This document shows, piece by piece, positions 50,935-64,000 of a DNA stretch of 64,000 bases. The number at the start of each line of letters is the position of its first letter. The stretch's first letter is position 1. Source of the stretch: Octopus sinensis (Eukaryota); contig NC_043001.1 in the NCBI RefSeq assembly GCF_006345805.1, positions 62,868,001-62,932,000 on the forward strand, written 5' to 3'. The notes beneath the pieces were generated by a model. The model did no database searches. It was not told the origin of the DNA and was given only the letters and a program-made list of their open reading frames with translations. The position numbers and the translations under genes were made by a program.

Positions 50935-51169
50935 TGATTGATTGATTCTAGTTTCAGCTTATGAGCTGTGGCCATGCTGGGGTACCGCCATTTGGTGTTG
51001 CTACTTGGTTTCACTTCATGAAGGCTTTCTAGCAACTGCTATTTGGTGCATGAGAGAGTTCGATGCAGCTGCCCTCTTCTGCCACTCCTGCTGTGAAGTT
51101 GGTTCATCTGGGGCACCTGACAGGAAGTGATCCAGCTTCATTTTAAAGACATCTGCATCCACCCCATGC
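50935..51169 (-). mobile_element. CR1-group LINE 3' end (truncated by the gap)
   Basis: The minus strand encodes DVFKMKLDHFLSGAPDEP...RAAASNSLMHQ*, then ggcggtaccccagcatggccacagctcataagctgaaac and a (AATC)n tail. Confidence 0.75.
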
Positions 51170-51269
51170 NNNNNNNNNNNNNNNNNNNNNNNNNNNNNNN
51201 NNNNNNNNNNNNNNNNNNNNNNNNNNNNNNNNNNNNNNNNNNNNNNNNNNNNNNNNNNNNNNNNNNNNN
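51170..51269. other. Assembly gap (100 N)
   Basis: Exactly 100 N; probably a placeholder of unknown true size. Confidence 0.99.
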
Positions 51270-51379
51270 CTCACATACAAGCATACAAACATACATACAT
51301 ATATACATACATACATACATACATACATACATACATACATACACACACACATACATACATACATACATACATACATACA

Positions 51380-51413
<34 letters not shown>

Positions 51414-51567
51414 CATACATACATACATACATAATGATCAAAGGTGGCTTTCGAATTGTGAAAGCCCATTATGTATCGATCGAAGTATTATGGAGTTTCA
51501 AAATAAGTTATTTAACACTTCCCAAACTTCATCGCAAAATACGGAGTGACAAATAATAATAATAATA

Positions 51568-51618
<51 letters not shown>

Positions 51619-51622
51619 GTGG

Positions 51623-51661
<39 letters not shown>

Positions 51662-51960
51662 CGATGATGATGATAATGTTGTTGATGATGATAACAATAA
51701 CACCATGATTGATATATATATATATATTTATGTGTTATATATATATATATTTATGTGTTATATATATATGTATATATGCATGTATATATATATATATACT
51801 ATATATATATATATATATTATATATATATATATATGTATGTATGTATATACACCTATATGTATATATATATATATATAGTATATATATATATATATATAC
51901 ATACATATACATTTACATACATGCACACACACGCATGCACACACATGCGTGTACACACAT
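51270..51960. repeat. Microsatellite cluster: (TACA)n, (AAT)n, (GAT)n, (TA)n
   Basis: Direct inspection. Confidence 0.95.
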
Positions 51961-53371
51961 ATGTATGCATGCCTTTACAGGGATAACTGAAAATCAAATT
52001 CAGTAAGATTAATATTTTTTATTGAAAATTTTGACAATTCTTATTCAGTACATGAGCAGAGGATGATAATCAGCTCCGGAATCAACTAAATACGTGTTTA
52101 GCTTTTAAGTTAAGAAATTCGTTCCCTTGGTGGACGAATGTAATATGCGTGGTTCTATTTTCTGAGTTAAGAGACATGCATGAGAAATATATCAAAAGAT
52201 GTAAAACATAGAAAATGAGAATAATTTAACAGCCTTCCTGAACGAAAAAGTTGAAAATGGCACTCTTCTATGAAGCTACATTAATTGCTTCCTCTCAAAC
52301 TAGTTTAGCTTAGCCAACACTCAGAAGCAGGTAAAACCTAATAGCATATACAATGTCTCCGCTGAACGGTTTCGATATCCTTCAGGTTAATTGGATAAAC
52401 GTAGATACACTCACCGGTCTCGAAACCCTAGCCAGCTAGGGAAAGACAGGAAGAGAGAGAAGAGAGGAAGAGAAGGAAAGAGGGAGAGAGAGAGAGGAGA
52501 GAGAAAGAGGGATAGAGAGAGAAAGACACAGACAAACGCACAGACAGAGAGCGATGCCCCAGCAGTCGGCGATACATTGATGTACTTTGCTCAAGAAGAC
52601 ACTCAATATCCTGTTTTAGCCTTCACATATTTACTTTAAAATACCTACATTTGTTTCATAAAAACGTGGACCCCACTTTCTGACACATTTTAACAACTCA
52701 CGTGCGTGTTGTTCCTGTACTGCGACACTGAGATGCATTACCGTTTGAAGAAAACAAATTTGGTTGAATTTTCTAAAAGTTGGTGAAATCAATGGAGAAA
52801 ATATTATTTGCATGAAATAGGGATAATACGTAGCCCTCGTGGATTAGAGAATGCAACATGGTCAAATGTTTAGTGCGCTTCACTATCACGAGTATACAAG
52901 TTCGATTTCGTTTAATGTCATGTTGGGCAAATGTATTATATCATAGCTTCAGATCAACACAAACTTGTGAAATTGTGCAGATGGAAACTGCGTGGAAGTC
53001 CATCGGTACTTGTTATTGATACGTGCAAATTTGCTATACATCTTGCCACACTCTGATACTGCATGAGAATATAATTTTCAGTAAGCATGTCCGCTGAATG
53101 CTCAGTCAATTAGAATCTACATAAAGAGCAGGTAATTCAGTTCACCTAACAACTGATCCGTATTCTGTAAATACGAATGAATTCCAGATCTTTCAATTAT
53201 TAAGCTAGTGATAAGAATACAACTATTTAAAAGTTCATAGGCGCAGCGGTGACTCTGTGGTTAAGAAGCTCTCTTTGCAATTATGCAATATTAGATTCAG
53301 TAGAGTGTGCATGGCATCTTCGGCAAGTGTCTTCTAAAATGACCCTGGGTTTGCTACACACGCACACATAC

Positions 53372-53402
<31 letters not shown>

Positions 53403-56347
53403 TGTATGTATGTCTTATATCCTTGAGTTTAGATATAGACTGCACTGCAACAGTGTTATAACACTGCAAAAACTAAATCAGTAACAAAACGTAACACACT
53501 TTTCTCAACGGCTTCTACGACTGCCATCACAATTGCGACAGCTCACACCACATTATACCTCGCACTGTCAGTACGCATGCACATTTATAAGGTTAGGACA
53601 GTTCACTTGCTATCTCACAGGGTGTCAGGATTTCACCACAACAGTATTCATGTACAAGTCGCACAATGTAAGAGCGCACCTTTTAATGCAAGTCTGATGA
53701 AGTGTCACTTTAATGCATAAAACCGCTCATATTGCATAACTTTTCTTACGGAACTTTTGTGTGAAATTGCTTTAAAAACAGAATGTTACCGAAATACTTG
53801 TAAGTGGTCATTTAAAATCTGCTAGAATTGTCTTTTATCTTCTTTGGATTATGCCTGCGTGCATTTTTGTTTTCCCCCCCATTGCTTGAAAACCGGTGTA
53901 AGTTTACTCAAGTCCCTGTAACTTACCGAATCCGCAAAAGTTACGATAGAATAAGCACCAGGCATAAATATAAATATAGGGTCAATTTCTTCGGTTTCCT
54001 AGCATTGCCACAGTCCAACGCCTAGCACAAGTAGTAAGATAAAAAGATCTGATAATCATTTCCAAACGGTTAATAAACCAAAAATATTGAAAATTACGTT
54101 TGCATTTTACATATTTCTTAAGACTGAAATACCCAATGATGTGCTGAAGAATGTTTAGCATTGCATGATTGAGAAAATCCTTAACAAACATTCTCTGGTT
54201 CGATGATGATGACATTTATAGCCTAACAGTATATATATTCACATATATTTTTTAGGAGAATAGTTTTTCCCGTGATAATTTTCGCTGTAAAGGTCTTATT
54301 ACTTTTGTGATTGCATGAAACGTGTAAATATATTTGTACACATTTCTGTCGCACGTTACGCAGCTTGGTATGCCGATAGTTAATTAATTCCAGCTTGAAA
54401 CGCTTTGCGTATATCAGCAAATTTATATTTCCTGTTTCAATATAAGATCAGAAGCGTTTATTGTCCTATAAGCAACGGATTCGTTATCCGTAGCTGATGA
54501 CGTGTAACCCCGCAGAAAAACTACTCCTAAGGTTCGACAATGTCATTCACGGCCTAGACGTGTATTTTTCACAGATATTGCCATATTGCCTATGAAGAGA
54601 AGATTTTTTACGAGACAATTCCTAGAGCGAAAGCCTTTGTACGAATGAGTGTACACGAACGTATTAAATATAACTGTACACATCAAATATGGCAATCACG
54701 GTTGATTAGAGTGCTTATAATTGATTAATTCTTGCTATTTCCTCTCTCAGTATAAATGGCAATTTTAGTGGATCATAAAATGCTAATGAAGCGTGACGGC
54801 GCAGAAACATGCCCAGTGGACCCATGACAACATTCATAGCCCAGATGTATGTTTTTCACTCACTTGACTATAACGGACTTTTGCAGTAACGGTCTTTTCA
54901 CCTTTGAGTGAACACGAACGTGTTAAATATAAATGCATACACTTAAATTTCGATCAAAATTGCTTCGTGCACCTCTAGGCAATTTGCTTTAGTAACACTA
55001 AATCTTGAGACTATGATTGGAACACAGTATTTTGTGTTCAACTCTAAGGAAATTATTTGTATTGATTTCCCCAAATCTGCAGAATGTACAGAGTGCGTAA
55101 GGTATTTGAGACAGACTTATGTTTATATAAAGAAAAACGGATATATAATAACAAATGATAACTTTATTACCTACAAATGTTATGAGGATAAAAATAAACC
55201 TTCTTTTCTATCATGTTATTCAATAAAGCCACTTCAGCTTCAGCAACTGCTTCTTTACGAGATCTAAATCATCTACATAGTCGAATAAAATGATCCTGGT
55301 TTATTTTGGACATTACTCTCATCATGATAGCTTTCAAAGAATATTCGGTGTTACGGGCGTGTTCATTGATCTCTCTTTCAACAACGCTCCACATGTAATA
55401 GTCTAATGGGAAATAAGGAGGCTAAATGTTAGGGGTTATGTGATCATGAACATTTTTAGCCATCCATTCCTATGTTGCTGAAACACATATGGCATTTCAT
55501 TGCATACACTATCTATCCAGATCTTAACAATGATTTCAAAGTGTTTAGAATGTTTTTAATGCTTTAGCACTGGTAATACGTTTCTATCTTCTGTTCCTAA
55601 CTCCAAACAAACTTTGTAGACCAAAGATCTTGCAACTTTTAAAATCGAGATATTTCTAATTCGCAATGCTCAGCCCTTATAACCACAATAACAGCATGCC
55701 TCTCCATTTCTCGAGTAAACTGAGAGCCTGCCATTATTGTTTTCTGAAACAAAGATTATTCAGAGTTAGCAAAAAAATGCAGCAATTACCTAAAAAAGTA
55801 TATCCTCAAATACCTTACGCACACTGTGCATTACGGTAGTCGAGGTTTATGAATGACTGTTGAATAAAATTAAGCAAGACTTTTAGCGCAACGCTATATC
55901 TAGAGCAACTAAACGAAAATTCAGAAAATATCTTATGTTAGATTATATTCGTATAACCCTACATTATGTTTCTCTTACCTCTATATTTTTGCCTCTGTCT
56001 TTTACTTATGCTATCTGTGTTATGTGTTTCAACTTTATTGTGTAATTTGTAACACCTTTGAAGCAATTTCCTACGTCGGAATCACACTGCAGTAAAGAAG
56101 ATATTAAAATTGTAATTCTATATTGTTTCCACTCGTAACATAAATATATATTACACAATATCTTTAATCTTTTACATTTCATCTTTTGCCTGTTTCAGTT
56201 ATTGAACTCAGGTGTTTCAGTCGAACAAGTCGAATACGGTACCTTTGTTTCTTTGAGTGTGGCACCTATTCTTGCAATCTCTCACACTGAACCAACTCTG
56301 GTTAGCACACATGCGCGCGCGCACGTACATACATAATACGTACATAT

Positions 56348-56379
<32 letters not shown>

Positions 56380-56598
56380 ATATATATATATCAATAATAA
56401 CAAAGGGTAAAATTAATTAATTAACTACTAATCAATAATTTCACCAAGTAGAATTCGGCATGAAAAAGGAACATTTTTCGGTAAACTTAAGTAATATTTT
56501 ATAATTAGGGTTCAGCAAAGATTTGCTTTAGCACATAACGAAGTTTAGAAATAGCAGCCAAAGAACCTTAGCTATTTCCTCTACTTTGCTGAGCCCTA

Positions 56599-56630
<32 letters not shown>

Positions 56631-57524
56631 GGTTTAAATGTACAAAAAACAAAAGGAAGAGTCCGGTGAGAAAATAACATGGGTGTATTATTTTGACTAT
56701 CACGAAAAAACCAGAAAGGCCCCTGAGTTTCGTGCTTAGGTATTTTGACAGAAAGAAATGAGGAAAAAAGTGAAGAGAGGGAAAAACCGAGAGAGAGAGG
56801 GGGGGAGAGAGATACCACGGGCTTATTTCAATTTTTAGATGAGTTGTAGTGCACCTGAGCACTGTACACAATTATTATTATTATTATTATTATCAATCAA
56901 ATACGCTCAGAAGTCTTTGGCTGACCGGGAAATATAGAAGACATCTACTTGCCTAAGGTGCTACGAAGTGGGATTGAAACCGAATCCATGGGGTTGTGAA
57001 TCAAACCCCTTACCACAAAACCATGCCTGAGCTGATATAATGATATATATAATAATATATATCATTAATACTTTACCAAATTTTAAGCTAGAAATTATAG
57101 TTGATTCACGTTCAAATTCCTGCAGGGGAAACAACTTACTCACAACTACATCTCAATGAATTCTCGAGATCACATAGATTCATGCAACTGTGGTTAATTC
57201 GATATGTATATTGCCTTAAACAGTATTGTGCCAATGAGCAACTCACATGTCGAACATGCGGAAATTTGTCGAATTTGTCTATCTCCTCGGGTTCCTACTC
57301 TGAATCTCATAATTCTACTTGTAACATTAACATTAACTGAACTGATATCTAAACATTGAACAGCTGGATAAAATCAAACAACTATTTCTTTCTTGCAGCT
57401 ATGGTTGTCCGAGTAAATATAGAATTACATGCCTATTTCTCTCCGTCGGTCTGTCTGTCTCTGTCTCTCTTTCTTTCCCTCTCTTTCACTCTCTCTTTCT
57501 CTCTTCGCATGCGCTCTCTATCTC

Positions 57525-57586
<62 letters not shown>

Positions 57587-57710
57587 AATCTCTCTCTCTC
57601 TATCTCTCTCTCTTTTCCATTCATTCTTTCTATCAATTGTATACACAGACACATACGATTTTATGAACATATGTATACATATATCTTCTTGTAAGTGGGT
57701 ATATATATAT

Positions 57711-58052
57711 TCTTTCACTTGTTTCAGTCATTTGACTGCGGCCACGATGGAACACCACCTTCAGTCAAGCAAATCGACCCCAGGACCTATTCTTTGTAAG
57801 CCTAGTACTTATTCTATCAGTCTCTTTTGCCGAACCGCTAAGTTACGGGAACGTTAACACAGCGGCATCGATTGTCAAGCACAGACACACACAAACATAT
57901 ACACACCCATATATATATATATATATATACATATATATAACGGGCTTCTTTCAGTTTCCACTTTGGTCGGCCTGGGGCTATAGCAGAAGACACTTGGACT
58001 GAACCCAGATCCATGTGATTGGTAAGCAAGCTACTTACCACTCCTGCGCCTA
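57711..58052 (-). mobile_element. tRNA-derived SINE, near full length
   Basis: The tail reverse complement tcttt..cttgtttcagtcatttgactgcggcc through to the head ...ggtaagcaagctacttaccac. Confidence 0.8.
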
Positions 58053-58984
58053 TGACTTACCACACAGCCATTTCTGCGCCTGTATAGATATGCTTTTATA
58101 TGTGATTATGTATGTGTATGAGTGTGTGTGTATGCGCGCGTGTGTGTTTGTTCGTACTAATCCCTATTCTATGATCTCTCATTTTACTAGTCGCGAAGAA
58201 ATAGATAGCGGTTTGTTTATATACCGCTTTTATTAAGGCTTCGTTATAAGGATTAGCATAGGCATCAAAGAGATTCTCATTAGCAAAGAAGTGTGACGTT
58301 CTCTTGTACTATCTACTAATATATATACTATATACTAATATATACCCATATACTGAATTTATTACACTCGAGAGGTGGTTTGAAAAGCGGCTTACATAAG
58401 TCGTGGTCTTAAGTGGTTGACGATGCTGGCGATCCAAAGTTACATCTAAAAATTTGCGAACCGAAGATTATATTCAAAAGTAATGCCTAGATGATAGTTT
58501 TTAAACAATTTTCTTAGTTTCTTCCTAATTCTCTCAATATATAGCTTACTGTGGCTACGAAGGATAAACAATGCACGGTCCTTATATAGACTTCCAGTCA
58601 AATTAGGAAAAATTCCCGTAAGCACTATAACAAATAGATACTAAGAAGCAGAGTGACATGGCCAGAGATACTAGATCCCATTGTGATATCGAAATTGTTG
58701 GGCCTATCTTTTTTAGTTCAAAATTGTCTTTCAAACTTTACATCTGTAGTTCAAGCAAGTAGAATAGTATCTATCTGGTCCGTAGTAAAACAGGAGTTTC
58801 ATTTTAGTGAAAATTAAGGCTATATTAAGGAGTACGAAGAAAATACTAGAGTAGTAAGAACTGACATCAGATTGAAGGGAGGAGTACCTATTTTGTTCTG
58901 TTTATTTGAAACCCATCGTTGGTATTTGTCTATAGATTAAAAGAACGAAGGAAAAGTAAAGAAAAACAGTTTTGGCTATGAATA

Positions 58985-59540
58985 TTAGGTCATCAGTATG
59001 AAATTTGTTGTAAAGTATATGGTAAATTTTGACAGCTGCTCATTTTGGGCCATTATTATATTTTGACAGCCATTATTTTTTGTTAGAAAGCTGACACATC
59101 TATTTCTTATTCTAACACATTTTGCGCTTTATGAAGTATTTATAAATCTTGTTTACTATTTTTGTTTAGAGATGGATAAATCGGAAATTCGTACAGTTTT
59201 GAAATGTGAGTTCTTTCTTGAAAATACAGCATCACAGACAGCTCGGAATATTAATGGAGTATTTCATTTTTTTCATTATTACACAGCAGACAATAATGAG
59301 CAACGCGGTCGACCAGAAACAAAGGTGGATAACGATGAACTGAAAGCCACCATCGAGTCATATTCATCTCAAAGTGCCCGTGAATTATCGTTGTTGTTTG
59401 GTGTTAGCAAGCAAGCAATTATGACTCACCTGGTTCAAATCGGTTAAGTTAAAAAGTTGGATAAGTGAGTTCTACATGAACTCAATGAAAATCAGAAACA
59501 GCAACTTTCGGAAGCTTACATTATGCTAGTTTCTCGTCAC
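58985..59540 (+). mobile_element. Mariner transposon 5' portion (HTH region), internally deleted
   Basis: TA|TTAGGTC...TATGAAAT left TIR-like end; ORF 59172 MDKSEIRTVLKCEF...TARNIN...RGRPETKVDNDELKATIE...RELSLLFGVSKQAIMTHL..G*VKKLDK*VLHELNE (WVPHEL motif, degenerate). Confidence 0.8.
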
Positions 59541-59810
59541 CGAACCGTTAAGTTACGGCGACATAACACACAGCACCGGTTGTCAAACGATGGTTGGGAC
59601 AAACACGAGCACAAAGTCACACACACACACAAGCCTATTCACGCACACGTCTGTACATACGACGGGCTTCTTTCAGTTTCCGTCTACAAAATCCACTCAA
59701 AAATCTTTAGTCAGCCCGAGGCTATAGTACAAGACACTTCCCCAAGGTGCTACGCCGCGGGACTGGACCCGGAACCATGTGGTTCGAAAGCAAACGTCTT
59801 GTTACACAGC
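59541..59810 (-). mobile_element. tRNA-derived SINE interrupting the mariner
   Basis: ccgaaccgttaagttacgg...gacgggcttctttcagtttccgtctac...ggaaccatgtggtt. Confidence 0.75.
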
Positions 59811-60072
59811 CAAATTTTTGAAGATATTACTTATCCAAAAGTGTTAGTTGGATTCACAATGATGAATGTATTATCTCACCCATTAATACCTGTTTAAAAT
59901 TTTACCTGAAGATAGTGCATTATATGTCATGATGTAATCGATGAATACATCAGATAATTATATATAGAGATAGAAAATAGATATATGAAGGCGCATGGCT
60001 TAGTGGTTAGTGTATTCGGTTCACATGATATCACTTCCAATCAGTTAAGATCAGAAGTCATGAGAGCCACTT

Positions 60073-60665
60073 ATTATTAAAATTCAGTAGTTTTATTTTT
60101 ATAGCGTGCTTTCACTTCCATACCGAGCGCAGCTCCGTGTGCCTTCGGTATGTGCTGTGGTTTGCTGTGATGCTCTTATGGTTACTGTATTGAAAGTGTT
60201 TTGCGTAGGCTGTGTGCAGTGCACAGTAGTGCAATTTTCTGTATGTTGTATATATTTGTAAGTCCTGGTATTTTTGTTATGTATTTGTCTGAGTATTTTT
60301 TAACGATACCTAATGCGCCCACTATGATAGGAATTGCTTCTGTTTTTAGATTCCACATTCGAGTTACCTCTATTTCCAGGTTTTTGTATTTTAAAAGTTT
60401 CTCCATTTCTTTTAGAGAAACGTTGTCATCTGTTGGTATTGATAGATCAATTAGAAAGTATTTTTTACTAAATGATCTCTGACAACTATATCTGGCCTAT
60501 TGACCTTAATTTCTGTATCTGTGTGTATTGGCATATGCCAGAGTATGGTTGCTTTCACGTTTTCTGTTACCTTTTCTGGCGTGTGCCTATACCATCTGTT
60601 TTCTGTTGTTATTCCATCGTGTTGGCATAGCTTCCAGTGAGTGTATGTAGGTCCCAACTCTGTCG
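60073..60665 (-). mobile_element. R4/Dong-type (restriction-like endonuclease) LINE 3' fragment
   Basis: KATILWHMPIHTD.EIKVNRPDIVV...EKLLKYKNLEIEVTRMWNLKTEAIPIIVGALG...QKIALL; (TAA)n tail. Confidence 0.8.
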
Positions 60666-60699
60666 TGTCTGTGAATGATATTCCTTATTATTTTTATTA

Positions 60700-61540
60700 T
60701 ATTTGTTGTTGTTGTTGTTGCTATTATTATTTATGAGAACTCAGCTTATTTTGCTGGGTATGATGGAAAGTGTCAGCAGTCCACAACCAGCAGACTAAGG
60801 TAACAATTGTTTACTGGTCGCCCTTTGAGAACCGTGCGTAGAACTCTTACAGTTCTAAGCAAAGCTTATTTGTGTAAGGGTACTATATTTACATTTGTAC
60901 CAATCTTTTTGAGCTATGCTGGCGGTTGACTGCTGATACTTCCAAGTGCGCAAATTAATTTTGCTATCATGTTAACTCTCTTTACTGACCACAACCTTCC
61001 ACTTCAAATCGTCGTAGTTGTATAGTTTTTCTTCTTTCTCTTTGATCCTGTTGTCACCGGTATATGCTATATCCATTATCATGCATGTTCTTTCTTTTTT
61101 ATTTATCACAATAATATCAGGTTTCCGATGTCTGGTCAAGTTATCGCACTGAATCATTGCATCCCACAGGATTTTGCAATTCTCATTCTCGGTGACTCCT
61201 TCTGGAATTTTCTCATACCACGATTTTGCTCTTTGTAGGCCGTGTTTTCCACAGACTTCCCAATGGATCATTCTTTCCACATTATCATGTCGTCGTTTTT
61301 ATTCACGTTGTGCCAATTTCGGGCATTCGCTAACGATGTGCCATACCGTTTCACCCCTCTCACCAAACATTCTGCATTTGCCGCTGTCGGTAGTGTTGTC
61401 GATTTTGCACTTCACATAGTTAGCCCTTGACGCTTGTTCGTGTACCGCATATATAAGTACTTCTCTCTCTATCTTCATGTCACACCTTCTCATCCATAGC
61501 TACCGGTCTTCTGTATCTATCTTGGCGTTCGTATCTTTCT
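60700..61540 (-). mobile_element. Second R4/Dong-type LINE 3' fragment
   Basis: KCRMFGERGETVWHIVSECPKLAQ (CCHC-like), RHDNV, KILWDAMIQCD...RKPDII...MDIA (PD..D endonuclease). Confidence 0.8.
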
Positions 61541-62199
61541 CAAACTGACCCCTATAATAATATTAATTGACCAATATTAATACTGACACTAATAGTTCTA
61601 TGATTGACATTCGTAATAATAATAGACCTGTGTGGGAATTTAACAAGTATAATGTTTGTGGTGATAATTTTGCCAAAACTAATGGTCTTCATTCGAACGG
61701 TAATTATAGCAGTGAATGTCAAAACATAATTAACAACACTAGAGTAAGTATAGCGGTACTGATAATCTAAGTGGTACCCTTAAATTACGCAAATTTAGAT
61801 ATCGCAAATCCAAAAGCCGGCTGAACTCATACAGGGATGATGTATTCTGGTGTAATCCACCTCGTACAACGAATATAATTATGAAATCTTCTAAGTGATT
61901 CGCATATTTTTACATAAAAAAATGTTCCCCCATCCACTAAATATTATCATATCTTTAAGTAATAGAGGATAAAATTATAAGAAGTTCATTTTCATGTTTG
62001 TATAATCTAAATAATAATATAACGGGGATAAATCGAGTAATATCAACATAGGCCGTCGCAATACAAGTAGTATCAATGATAATGGTAAAGATGGTGGTGA
62101 TGTTGATGGTGATGATGGTGATGATGATGATGATGATGATGACGCTGATGGAGTTGATGACAGGAATAATAACATTATTAATATCAATAATTGAGGTAA

Positions 62200-64000
62200 T
62201 CAGAGTATGTGACAGAATACTTAAAATTAAATTAGTGCTTCATCATAGTTTAGCAACCATTATATCAGCCTATGCTCCTCAGTCGGGGCTACCCGATGGA
62301 CAGAAAGACCGATTCTATGACACTCTACTGCAGACTACCTCGTTGACGAACGACAGAGACCTTCTCTTTGTGGCTGGTGACTTCAATGGTCACGTTGGAC
62401 GACATGCTGGGGGCTTCCATAGCGTACATGGAGGATATGGCTATGGTTCCCGCAACGAGGAGGGAACAAGGCTGCTGGAGTTCTGCGATGCAAATAATCT
62501 TATGATTTGCAACACTAACTTCAGGAAACCTACCAGCCACCTAGTCACTTACCGATTGGGCCAACATACCAGCCAAATTGACAACATCCTTGCCAGGCAA
62601 AGGAGAGATGGCTGCTTATAAATGCCAAAACCTTCCCAGGCGAAGAATGTACCCCACAACATAGACTGGTAGTTAGTGACTTTAGGATCAGGACTAGGGG
62701 GACAACCAGAAGACGACCAACATGGAGAAGAGGGATCTGGAAGCTTAAAGATCCTGCAAATGGACAGAGATTTAGGGACATATTACTTGAAGCCTTTGAC
62801 GAAGTAGAAGGGGATAGAGCCTCACAGGGGGTAAACTGGACGTTTCTAAGGGACAACCTGCTGAGAGCCACTGACCAGATCTGTGGCTGGTGCAAAGTCC
62901 CCTCTCGACCTAGAATAACGTGGTGGTGGAACAATGTTGTAGACAGGGCTATTAGAGAAAAGAGACAGGCTTGGAAGGACTGGAAAAATGGGGGTAGCAG
63001 GGAATTGTATCAGACTGCCAAAAGAGAAGCTAGGAGACAGGTTTATTTAGCCAGAGGGGAAGCAGATAAGAAAAAATTTGCCAATGTTCTGCGCCGTGAG
63101 GACCAAAGACTGGAGGTGTTTCGCGTTGCAAGACAGTGTGTGAGAGAGAATCGTGATGTGGTAGGAGAGAAGTGTGTTCGCATGGAAGATGGTTCACTTG
63201 CGCTAAATGAGGATACAAAGAGAGAGGTTTGAAGACGCCACTATGAAAGGTTGCTGAATAAAGAAAATGAATGGGATAAAGAGAGTCTGCCGAATGTTGA
63301 CCCAACAGAGGGACCAGATATCCGAGTTGATAGTTCCTTGGTAGTTAAGGCAATTAGAAGCATGAAGACAGGGAAAGCCCCAGGCCCATCAGGAATCACT
63401 GCAGAGATGCTCAAAATATCTGGTAGTGTCGGCTATAGCCTAGTCACCCGTATAGTTAATCAGGTGATACACGAAGGAGTCATACCCAATGACTGGTGTA
63501 GCAGCATAATAGTCAACTGCTACAAAGGTAAAGGTGACGCCCTAGATACAAATAATTACAGAGTTATCAAGCTGTTGGATCAGGTGATGAAGGTTACGGA
63601 GAGGGTCATAACGCAACTAATTAGAGAGAGAGTTAGTTTAGATGAGATGCAGTTTGGGTTCGTGCCAGGGAAAAGTACCACTGATGCTATATTCCTGGTA
63701 AGGCAGCTGCAGGAGAAATACCTAGCCAAAGATAAGCCCCTGTACATGGCTTTTGTTGACATGGAGAAAGCATTCGACAGGGTCCCCCGATCCCTTATCT
63801 GGTGATCAATGAGGAAACTAGGGATAGATGAATGGTTAGTGAGAGCTGTGCGAGCCATGTACAGGGACGCTGCTAGTAAGGTGAGGGTTGGCAACGAGTA
63901 CAGTGAAGAATTCCGGGTAGAGGTAGGGGTCCACCAAGGCTCAGTCCTCAGCCCCCTCCTATTTATCATAGTCCTCCAGGCAATAACGGAGGAATTCAAG
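62200..64000 (+). mobile_element. RTE-clade LINE (endonuclease + RT), runs past the window end, with stops and frameshifts
   Basis: IISAYAPQSG, VAGDFNGHVG, RNEEGTRLLEF, SQIDNIL (EN); KAPGPSGI, NNYRVIKLL, QFGFVPGKSTTDAIF, FVDMEKAFDRV, GVHQGSVLSPLLF (RT). Confidence 0.93.

Noticed and set aside
50289-51986. Long ORFs made of IY/YI, HTYI, poly-D and poly-S repeats
   Set aside because: They are translations of (TA)n, (TACA)n and (GAT)n microsatellites.
54490-54524. GTAG-CTGATGA-...-GAAA-..-CTAC hammerhead-like string
   Set aside because: There is no stem III or NUH cleavage triplet, and stem II is weak.

Overview
Eukaryotic, AT-rich, repeat-dominated genomic DNA with one 100-N assembly gap (51170-51269). 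The repeat families (tRNA-SINE, RTE tails, Penelope, R4/Dong) look like those of an Octopus/coleoid cephalopod; that assignment is inference from recalled repeat families, not a search result. Two host genes are supported, arranged head-to-head 719 bp apart. RPB9/POLR2I is a complete, intronless CDS on the minus strand (24843-25235). KRR1 has six coding exons on the plus strand (25955-44287); I did not find its remaining 3' exons. The rest is nested transposable elements: two related Gypsy-order LTR retrotransposons (an old copy interrupted by a hAT transposon that itself holds a LINE tail, and a young copy with 97.5% identical LTRs), L1/Tx1, RTE, CR1, L2, R4/Dong and Penelope elements, a Helitron, a mariner, MITEs, palindromic elements and a 1.8 kb 28-bp minisatellite. 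The strongest lead is that both LTR elements lack a canonical TGG primer-binding site. Directly after the 5' LTR they carry AGCTATTTC(G/A)GC, the reverse complement of nt 1-12 of metazoan tRNA-Phe(GAA), which suggests priming by a very short 5' tRNA fragment. Several hammerhead-ribozyme motifs also lie in KRR1 introns. All coordinates were counted by hand; ends of degenerate elements are approximate.
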